Origin: Antedon mediterranea
Taxonomy: Eukaryota; Animalia; Echinodermata
DNA length: 64,000 nucleotides
Direction: 5' to 3'
Assembly: GCF_964355755.1 (NCBI RefSeq)
Contig: NC_092672.1
Location: 5,766,001 to 5,830,000 of the forward strand
Under the pieces are notes generated by a model. The model searched no databases. It was not told the DNA's origin and worked only from the letters and a program-made list of their open reading frames with translations. Position numbers and translations under genes: made by a program. Of the stretch, positions 24,701-36,700 are shown one piece after another (position 1 is the first letter of the stretch; each line of letters opens with the position of its first letter).

Positions 24701-27700
24701 AATATCTGATATAGAATCTGGAGAAAATGATTGTATATTGAAGGCATTTGAATTCAAAAGCAATTAATGTTTATTGCATTGAACATTGCCTGGCAGTTTT
24801 ACTGGTGCAATACTAGTGTATATTGATTGGTTAGTTCTGTCTGATTTCTGAGAGAAAACAAAAGTGGTATAGCAGGTTGTTTGCGTGACAATATGATAAG
24901 AAAAAAGTTTGTTGAACCCTCTGTACATAAATGGTATAGTCGAACAACTCCCCTCTCTTTTAAATTAGAAAATTCAAAAATCTAACTAGATAAATTTGTT
25001 TGTGTGAATCCAATATTTCGCAGAGAAAAAAATCGCGCAAACAAATTTGCCTAGTGGAAAATCTTTAAATGATGATTTTTTAATGTTTAATGAATTTGTG
25101 ATAACTGTAGGTAGTCCATCAGTACACACTCCAAACCTCTCTATAAATTTGCGTGTTCTATTTTATTTGAATTCACTTTATGCTTTTATCAATTAAACTA
25201 AGCAAATAGCGCTCTCGTGATGTGACCAAAATGTCAAATATGTCACACCAGCAAAATGCGATTTTTTACATGGGTAGATTTTATGACAATTAATGCTCAC
25301 AAAGTTTTGGTTGTATACCCTGTCATGTCCTATTAGTACTAAGAATGTAAACACAACATGCCTTTACTAATGTTCAGCCTGCAGCTAGGGTGCCCAGATA
25401 ACATTAAAACCCAATTGCCTGAAAAATTCCTTCAAATTTTATTTAGTTTCGACATTTTGTTTTAAAATAAATCACATTGTTACGAATTTCTATTTTTATA
25501 TCGTTAATCTAAATAGTTAAACAGAAAAATCACCGTTTATTTCACATGAAGCAAAAAATTGTGTAGGTAGGACAATGATCAAATCATTACATAATATCTA
25601 AAATTTATAGCATGATGTTTTTAAAAGTGCTGTTTTCAATCTTGCCATGTCATGTCCAGTATCAACAAATCTCTTCTGAATTATTTTCTATAGTGTGTGG
25701 TAAAGGCCTAGATTTTACAGATGTTTTCAAATGTCAGAGTTGACAATATCTGGATGAATGAAAGCATCAAGCGAAAGCCATTAACCTGCTTTAGCATGTA
25801 TTCATATAATTCTATTGGTACAAGTCTACATAGACCAATAGGTTTTCATGGAGTCTGGACCACTTGAAAACAAGATGCCTTTTTTGGAGGAAATAAAATT
25901 TATTCTATGTGTTTTATGAAGTTTTAACCCCCTACCTGTAGTGTACTTCTATAGCCCTTTCACATTTTATTTTTTTATTATTATTTCTTTATATTGAGTA
26001 GCCTCTTCAGTCGAAGACTCTCCCACAGAACAAATCACTGATTTATTCTGTTTAAAGTAATTTATGTTGCTTTTTAACATTTTAATTCATTTATTTACTC
26101 ACTGTTATTCATATAAAAGAAAGTACATTTTTAAGAAAAAAAAAACTGTACAATGTAGAAAAAGAGCATCCATGACTGCATTTAATTTTTTTTTTATTCA
26201 AAATAATAATTACCAATTGTGTGGCAATATAAAAATCATTTTTCCATAAATAAAATATGATTATAATAATTCAATGACACCGAGGAATAATATATTCTAT
26301 TATCAATTATGCATATTATTGTTGAAGAAAAAATAAATTTGAATGAATTTATTTAATGAATAAAATATGATTTTGAATATTGGACTCATATTTCTTAATT
26401 TGACTTCGAATGCAATATTAAAATGCTTGATCGTCGTTGACTACAGCATGCTCCTTAAATATTCAGTATTAATACATGAGCAATTCACCGTTAAGAATCA
26501 TCCTCAGTAATTTCTGAATGGACTAGTCCATTATTTCAAATAGGTAATTTGATTTGAGTGATACTGTTCATGACACTGCCCACCTATATAGTAGCTACAG
26601 TAATTTAATTGAGAATCTGGCAAAATGATCTATAACTCACACTATATTGGGTTAAAAGTCAGCAGCAAATATAGCAAAATAAAACCAAATGAATAAAGCA
26701 GATGTTTTTAAAAGAAAATCATAATAGCTTTTTTTAAATCTCTGTTACTCTGCTATTTTAAAATATATATCTACTGTATCTATTTAGTATTTAGGCTTTA
26801 CAATACGATATAGTTAAATATAAACAGTTCAAAACAAACACAATTGCTTAATATCACCCAACAAATTGGTAGATTTAGAATAGATGTTTTTAGGGACAAT
26901 GCCAAAATTATTCTATGACTGTTACTTAACTTACTTTTTGTTTACTCTTTTTTAAGTTTTGTCTACACAAACTTTAAGTGATGTGGCCATATATAGACAT
27001 CATGATGTCATATCACTACCCTATTTGGGCATATCACTACCATATTTGGGCACATCACTCGATTTTTGTCAAACTAGATTGATAGTGTAGACAAAGCTTT
27101 AGACTGTTTTATACAATTATGCAAGCTTTTTCTGGGTGATCATACACATTGATTGCACTGGCTGACTCACTTCTCATTCACTAATTGCAGTAAATACTAT
27201 TTACTGCAGTATAATTTTGTTGACATGACTTTTCCTATAAATTTGTTCATTAATTTGAAACAAATAAAATATGGTACATCAAAAGTTACCTCTTCATAAA
27301 ATTCCAGCTGTGGAACAGGGGCATCGAAGATGCTCTCACAAAAGTCCTTAAACATTAGAAATCCTGAAAAAAAGACAATAACTGAATTTACATATTTCAG
27401 GATTTACAAAAACAAAAAATGTAGATAAAAATGATACAAATTACACAAACCAACAGTGGTGTGATAGGGTTTGTCTTCTGATTTTATATTCTGAGAGGGC
27501 TATTGTCAGCTTATCCAGGTAAGACTAGCCTTTTAACACTGTCAGCAAAAATTGTGATTTCAAACCAGAGTATTAAAAGGGACAAAATTGTAGTCTTTAT
27601 GTCATTGATGTGAAATATTAAGCAAACTCATGTTTAGTGTAAACAGCTCTATAATTCTTTTCTCAATTTTTTACTATACCAGCTTTCTAGTATTCATTAT

Positions 27701-30700
27701 GCAAATGAAATTTGTTTCCATTTGTTTATATTTAAATATTTTTTTTTTTTTTTTTTTTCATTTTTTCTACATTTTTTGGCTTCTCCAAATGTGTTGAGTA
27801 AAAAACTTGGCCGACCGACCAACAAATATTTGAAGCAAAATAATTATTCAATCCCACACAGATGTACAACTGGTATCATATAATGACAGGTTTTTTATTT
27901 AACATTTAAATTAAAATCCAGAGAAATGATGCAGTAATACATTTGCATGCAGATGCTGATATTCTAAACTGTGAAATATTTTATATATATATTGGTTTGG
28001 ATGGAATTCAATTCAATGAGTTTGATTAACTTAGACTCATAGACTTATTTTGTCTATTATGAGACAATAATATTAGTTTCGAGTTGGGCCTACTGTATGT
28101 ACAACAATATTATAATTATACAGTAGTAATATTCCATTCTAAACTGTGAAATATTGATATAATATTGTATCAATTTGGAGGTAACTCAGTTCATGAGTTG
28201 GATTAACTTTCACATTATGAGACTATAATGCTATTTTCGAATTAGGCCTATGTGCAACAATTGTACTGTCTACGTGCAAACAATATGATGACGACATTAC
28301 ATGATAGAGAGTAGGCGCCGGTCAAACAACTCATAAACTATAGGTGCTATTTACACTTACTCTTTATGTTTTATCTCCCTAAGACCTTTTGTTATTAAAG
28401 TCAAATAAATGAAAACAACTATTTTAATAACTCTTATATTATCTTAAATATTATTTATATTTCTTTAAATTATTCAATCCAAAGGCAAATTACGGACAAA
28501 AATGACAATGCTGTGGGTATCAGTGGCTGGATCTCAATGGAGATACAAAAAAAAGCGAAAAGCTATCAAAACGATCAAGTATAACAGCCAGAAAAGTTAG
28601 CAGAGCTTTCAGGCAACACTAGCCCTTTAATTTCAATTTTATATTCCTGTCTTTATACAGTGATTTAGCTTGCTTCTTGCCATTTTGTTTCTTATATTGT
28701 TTTGTATTTTTCTGTAAATTCTGCCGAAATTAAATAAAATAAAATAAAAAACACCTTACTAACAATGGTATAGCCCAAATATTAAAGAGTACTGAATGCA
28801 AAATTATTCAGAATTGGTCATTTTTATAATCAATATCTGAAAGCCCATAGAATAATATTATACACAATTATGTTAGAGAGTAAACTCCAACACAATCAAA
28901 GCTCAAAAAGCGAGCTCCCATGATATACTGTTGGTTTCTAGCTCAAGATGGAAAGAGTAAAACAAAGAATGTATCTCACCTAGCTTCTGGTTGAATATCT
29001 TATCAAACGATATCTTTCCTCTTTCTTCAAGATATTTGTACATAACACTACGGACACTGTGAATCAAATAAAACAAGTCAAATAAGTAATATCCAATTTT
29101 GTTGCATGATGCAAATATATTTAGAAAAAATAGCTGAAACAAGTATAATACAAATAGTCCATAAAAATAAAGAATAATTTTACTTTTATTATTTTAAAAG
29201 TAAATTTATTTTACGATTGTGATAAAAAGCATTGAATAACGAAAGTACTTAATAAAATAAAAAGGTACTTTACAATTAATAATATGTGCTTACAGTTAAT
29301 GATCTGCATTGAGTGCCAGTCAAAACATACCTTGGGTCATGTTTTATTGACAACTCTTGTTAGAGATTTCTCAAGTATATCATTTAAATAATTTGCAACA
29401 TAAAGGCTTGTCCTCATATATTACATGTCATGTCATGAGGAGCGCTTTCAATGGAGTTTACAGATGGTGTGTGTATTATTCTAAAAAACATTCCACATTT
29501 TAACAAATAATACAGTAGACTATCTCAATACCACACTCTTTGACAACCAGAAACTTTCCAAAAATCAGAATTTTCTTTAGGTCTAAAAAGTCCCACATTC
29601 TCTTTTAAAATACTAGAACTTCCAGAAAACCACACAAAATTAAAAAGTATTAAAGGATCTTTTAACTGATATGCGCATAGCCGCGTGGTGCGTGAAAACG
29701 AAACATTGAAATTCAATTTAATTTGCCGGCGATGGATCGGAACCATGCCAAAACAAGTGTGAAAGACCACTGTAATATACTTTTAACTTTAGTTTAGTCA
29801 AAGTGCATGAAATTATTGTCTTGAGAAGAAAGACCATCAACACGATTCGAACCAAAATCTGATTAATCAATTAAAATGGAAGACAAGCATCTTTCCAAGC
29901 TACCATAATCTATAAAACATATAGCATAAGAGGAAAATACGTGTTTGTGACAAGGTCACAGTATAAGATATAGAAGCAGACATATTAACAGCATATAAAC
30001 ATAGACAACAAATGTGTTTACTTGAACCTCATGAAATAGTAATAAAATCTAAAAGATGGTTGAAGTATGTCTGTCTGAGCAGATACAGCACATAATGTAA
30101 TATTATTTTATCATAATCTATGACGGAATATGTGAGAGAGCAGTTTCCAGGTCCTTAATACTTAAAGAATTTATGAAAGACGTGGGATTGACTACATTTT
30201 TTTCAAGACCAATTGATGAGTATCTTTTTTACAACTCTGAACCTTTCTTGCAAAGCAACATATCGCTATGGTTGGTTTTAAGTTTGTTTTTTTTTGTAAT
30301 GTAATTAATGCAAGTAAATATGTGAGAAGATTGTGTATGCTTGATGACAACAAATATCTAAATTTGCTGCAATAAACATGCATGTTAGAATAGAAAATTA
30401 AACAGTTATTTACTGAAATGCTTTCAAATCCCATTGAGATTATATAGTTCTTAACAAATAACTCCATGGCTAGAACATACAATTTATGTTCAATAAACCA
30501 ATTACTGGATAAGGAGACAATAACATAGTTTAGGAAACTTCAAATCATAAGAAAATTCAAAACAAGCTGTCATTACTTACTGTAAGAGATGACCTGATTT
30601 TTCAATGATTACTTGGAAAAGATAAATTTTTAATAAATCAAGAAAAACTTTTTTTTGGACCTTATTTAAAGCAATTGATGATCATTAGAGACCCTCAGAG

Positions 30701-33700
30701 GTTCACAAGACAAACATATACACAAGATTCTCTACATAAACAAAGTCTTATTACAAATCTTTGGGAGTGGAGTTGTAATTTTGTCCTTAGAACAAATCCT
30801 AAGATGTGACGGGACTTGAACCCAGGACCCTTGGAGTGGTAGCCAAGCATCATAACCACAACTCCACTCAAAACATTGTAATTAGGTTATATGCATGATA
30901 TGCATATAACCTCTTGATTCTGTCAAAATCTTTATTTATTTATTTATTTATTTATTTATTCTTTCCTTAGCACTATTTTGTCCGTGCATTATCTTGGCAT
31001 CAGTTTAATCTAGCTAAGTCAAGTTTTCAGAGTATATTCCTTATGGCCAGGAATCGATGTGGTTATATTTTCACGATGCGTAATCAAAAATTACGCGGTC
31101 TACGCGCGATTTTACGAAATCACGTTTGTAATCATATCTTCACAAGCATGAATCACAATTAAACAAAATTTGGTACTCATAAATTTCAGGTCATATTTCA
31201 TCATATGGCAATACAATTACGTGCGTAGCGCATATAACGCTTGCGTACGCGCGCTTAAAATGTTCAAAATTGTCAAAATTTATTTTCGATGAAATTAGAG
31301 TACGTTTCAGGCAATTTTAAGCGTTTAAAAAATTGCCATGAGTGCGCAAATTTTTGCACGCGCACTGCGCGTTAAACGTTAATGCGCACTCTTTTTGCCC
31401 GATTTCTGTTTTACAATCTTTCTTTAATAATATCATCATATTTGATTCAGGTTTCAACTCGGAATTGCGTTATACGAGCACGTCAAAAGTGATTGGCTAC
31501 GCACGTATAAGTTAACAAAATGGTGAAAATATGCTAAATTTTTAAATTAATATATATCGTCAGAATGCAGGGGAACACCTATTTTTTATTTCATTTTCTT
31601 GAAGTGTATGTATCATATGTATGATTTATTATCAAATTAAGAGAACCAAAGTTGATTAAGTCATCATTAATTGCATATTAAATTTAAAAAAAATAATTTC
31701 GACAATCAAACAAATTATGACATTTTCTTAGGCCAAAATAACAAACTTAACATTAACTTTCTTCCTTCAAAAGTTCATATATTAAAGTTAAAAGTATGTA
31801 GTTTGACAGTGCATCATTTGTTTACATTTTAAAGATGTCATCATAGTAAAAAATTATAATTCATTTCGGTATGTAATAATCTATTTGCATCAAAGTGGTT
31901 ACTGCATAGTAAATACACGGAGGAATCTTTCTACAAATTTTAGTCAGTTGTGTATGGCTCGGTGGTCTGTGCTCGTGTCTATGGCATTCAAGGTACCGAG
32001 ATCGAGTCTCACCTTGGGAAACGAAATAAGATTTTTTTTTTATTATCCGTATTGTTTGTTCAAATTTATTTCTTAGTGTATAGATTATACACATGATTTA
32101 TAATGAAATCTAGATAAAAATTAACTTATGTCTTTATTATTATGTAACAACAAATGTGGTTTATGACATTATACGCATATGGATCTTTGATCGGATTGTG
32201 ATACCGGCTATGGTGTTCGCGTTAGCAAGGTACTAGGTCCTATCATATATTATAAATAATTAAAGATTCTGAGAAAATCAATCAATCAATATATCTTTTA
32301 AAAATCAATTATCTTTATTTAAATCAATGCATATAACCTATAATTCGTCATAGTGACGAATTAAATCTAGTTTATATTTTCAGTTATTATGAAATACTAA
32401 GACACATTATTCTTTAGCAATACAGTATAAATATATCACCTGTTCAAGAGGAGGGACACGTGACTGAATACCTTGTTAAATGTAGCTATACAGTATAAAT
32501 ATATCACCTGTTCAAGAAGAGGGATACCTGACTGAATACCTTGTAATGTAGCTATACAGTACAAATATATCACCCATTCAGAGGAGAGGGGTGTTTATCT
32601 TTTTTTTAAATAATATTTAACAATATTTATTCAACATTTGTCTTTGTAGTCTAAACATAAAACATAGACGGACGCATTACATAACAAAAAAAATGACATT
32701 TTGAGACAGAAAAAGAAAAAAACAAAGTGAGATTAAGCAAAATATTTACAACTCCATTGTGCAGTAGCAATAGTAGCTAGCAATATGTTTCAAATATCAT
32801 CTTTTTAATATTGTACTTTAATATAGGGAGCGAGGTCATGTGATTTTGTTCTAGAGTAGACTGGAGTTTATTCCAGTAACGGTATGTTCAGACTCACAGA
32901 GTTACGGTGGTGTTATGTAAGCGGCGTACATATTTTTGTGTCTGAACCATGCAACGGATTAGCGTTAGGGAGCTGTTACTCCGCGCCAGTGGCGTTAATA
33001 ACTCTAGCGGGAGAGGGTAGATTTCATAACGCTAACACCCAGATTTATATAGTAAATACTGTGACGTCTTCGCTCCACGTTTTCGCCGAATATATCTATA
33101 CACGTGTGTAAAACAGCTGACAGCGACAGAAAATACAAACACGATGATGACCTCATGTCACAGGTAAAAAAAAATACGGTATTTTTTATTGGCAGCAGAA
33201 AAGGGTACAAAAAATATGGTATAAATTTGTAAATACGGTATTTTTTTTATGAGCGCTGTTTCTGCTGCCAAAAAAATACGGTATATATACGGTATTCAAA
33301 AAATACCGTATAAAATATGGTATTTTCTTGGCAGAGGGCCTATGTTTTTCTTTTTACACACTACATACTATTTACACAGAGCGGAGCCAACTTTCACATT
33401 GGTGTGAAGAATAATGTAGGTATAATAGGCTGTTGTGTAAATGTGGCATTAGGTATACTAGACATAACACAAATAAGGATAAGGACACCAAACCACATAA
33501 GAATAAGGACACAAACCTCATAGACTAACCACATAAGGACACAAAACCACATAAGAATAAGGACACAAACCTCATAGACTAACCACATAAGGACACAAAC
33601 CTCATAGACTAACCACATAAGGAGGACACAAAACCACATAAGAATAAGGACACAAACCTCATAGACTAACCACATAAGGAGGACACAAAACCACATAAGA

Positions 33701-36700
33701 ATAAGGACACAAACCTCATAGACTAACCACATAAGGAGGACACAAAACCACATAAGAATAAGGACACAAACCTCATAGACTAACCACATAAGGAGGACAC
33801 AAAACCACATAAGAATAAGGACACAAACCTCATAGACTAACCACATAAGGAGGACACAAAACCACATAAGAATAAGGACACAAACCTCATAGACTAACCA
33901 CATAAGGAGGACACAAAACCACATAAGGAAAAATTGACATATTCCACAAGAAAACAGAACCACATAAGGATAACAGGCGCGGATTAAGGCGGGGCTAAAC
34001 AAGCTTTAGCACCCCTTAAAACTTTAACAGCCATGATTTTTTTTAAATAAAATAATGACTATTTTCATTTTTCTGTAGCCCCCCTAATCTATAATGCTAG
34101 ATCCGCCCCTGGATAAGGACACAAACCCTGGTAAAGATACAAAACGACAAGGATAAAGATACAAAATGCTACCAAATCAATATAGTTATTGCCTAGAGTA
34201 TTTCAAATTAGAATTAATAATCCACTAATAATCTATAATTCATGAATATTAGGACATAAAGTTTCCACTAATATAGTCATCCTGTTTTTTTATTTTGGGA
34301 GTGCCAAATACTACAAATGAAAAACATGAAACGATTTCTGTGGGACGTGAAAACATGTTTGTTACGCACGGTAATAGAAAATATGTCACAGGTTAATTAA
34401 TTTAATTACGATGATAACGAAAGTTAATATTTTCAGTGTCCAGATCTAACTATCATCAGGGAATATCATAAATTTATTAAATTTCAAACTTCAATAACAA
34501 CAATGTTTTATTATGATCTTGTAGAAAGCATCATAAACAAAATATAGTTGTTTAAAGAGACCATTTCAAAATGATTGTACTTCAGTTACTGCAGTAAAGT
34601 TATGCTGTAAGCACATAAATCATTGCTATTTAGTTACTGCAGTAACTGCAGTAGACTAACTTTCACTATCCTTTAATATTCAGAATTAGCCAGTACATTT
34701 TTCACTAGTTAAGTACTTGAAAATGTTTTACAATGCACATAATTTCACACAAGTTCATGCTTGTACTAACTGTATATTTAGTTAAACATACAATACAAAT
34801 GTTTTCAATAAAACCCACGGAACTACTGTTTAAATCATAATTTCAGTAAAGTCAAGTGACTTGGCATTTGTGTTGTTGTTTTTTGTTGAATAACAAATTG
34901 AAGACTTCATTTATTCATTGTGATAAGTTTTAAAAATAAATTTTAAACTATTTTACAACTCAGCTGTTTGTGGAGAGCGGAATGCCATTTCATATCAGAC
35001 TAGCATTGACAGGCATGGGTTCGACCACTGTGTGCCATATTGCTTATGTATCATCTGGCAAGATAGTCAAATTGCCTCGTCTTTCAGATAGGAAGTAAAG
35101 CCATTGGTCATGGTCATTGCACATGCATAAGGAACTGATACAATAGTCGAAAAGAGTAGGTGAGATGATCGTTTTCAGGTGTGGTTATCATGGTCCTGGG
35201 CTGGGCTCTCTGGGTTACAAGATATTCACTTGGATAGCTTGGTAGACTTGTATATTCATTTAAGGTGAATGTACTGGTCGTGACATTGATAAAATAAACT
35301 TTAGATATAGCAAATAAATTTATCTATCTATGTATGTAAAGTCAACAATTGTTTGAAGATTTATCAAGTACTTTGATACAAAATAAACATTGTTTACACT
35401 GACAGAAACCTTGTACTTTGCTTGGGTGCAAATGTTAATGTCATTTACAGTACAGTAGGTTAATGGTTTGCATGATCGGAAAATACATTTCTTTATCAAA
35501 TTATATTTTAACTTTCTTAATATCAAAGTTATTACCAACAAAGTCGTTAAGTTCAACTGAAAAATATAAACCATCAACCAAATGTATATTCAGTATACTA
35601 TGAACTTCAAAATCGATCATTTACTTTTGCAGCTCCACTTCTTTGGAACCAACTTCCAGAACATGTTAAATCTGCAAATTCATTGAACTCCTTTAAATTA
35701 TAAAGCTTAATACATTTATCATCAGCTTGGACTTTGACTTTACTACATGATTTCATTCATTGCATTGTTGTGTCAATGCGCCATAAGCATCTAAACCAGC
35801 GCAATATGAGATTTCCTTAATATTATTATTAAAATAGGACCTCTGTCACCAACCAACATTCAACATGAATTCAATGTCGAAATAAACCAAAATCTCTCAT
35901 TTCCAAAAGTGTGCACATTAAAATGTGTCCAATACAACATTTTTACACCTGTCACATAATATAGTGAATGATATTACGTTTCCTCATTAAAATTTAACAT
36001 CCGAATCTGATACTATGGCAACGATATTACTGCCCACAAAAACAATTCCAAAACCAGTTGGACCTACGTACCTGTAAACTAACCTCTCTGCCAATCAAAC
36101 CAGCAATGATCCTTATCTATGATAAACTTTTAACAGGGTTGTCAGGTTCTTCATTACAATTTGACCTAATTTTGGTTAAATAATTACCGATTGACCCATT
36201 TTTAGAGTCATGTAATATGTTACATTATAGTTCAAGGATAGGCCTACAGTACAACATAGCTTTATAATTTTGGAGATTGAAGCGATAAGAAATGGTGTAC
36301 TTCTGTAAAACAGGTACTGTAGTTTGAAAACGATCATACACCATCGGAACATGATGCAGCGGGCAACATTAATTACATGCATACTCTTTTAAAAAGATGT
36401 AATACTGTATTGGAAGAGAGAGCAGTGCCAATAAGATCAAAGATGGGTGGCAGATGTAAAAACAGAATTAGGTTGCATCTATTGAAATACAGGACTGGTT
36501 AAAAAAAAACAAATTGAAGGCGATACTGAAGGCGATATTGGAGTGCTATATGGTTTTAAAAAAACCACAAAACCACAAAATTTTATAGTTAAAAGTTTAA
36601 ATTATGACCCAATTCAAGAAAACCCACTTGATAGTTGGATTTGGAGACCCACTTGATAGTTTGATTTAGTTCGCTTTTGGGAATCCTGTCTCTCTATTGT

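Noticed and set aside
33394-34002. 202-aa hydrophobic repeat protein
   Set aside because: Translation of the 57-bp minisatellite; no splice or homology support
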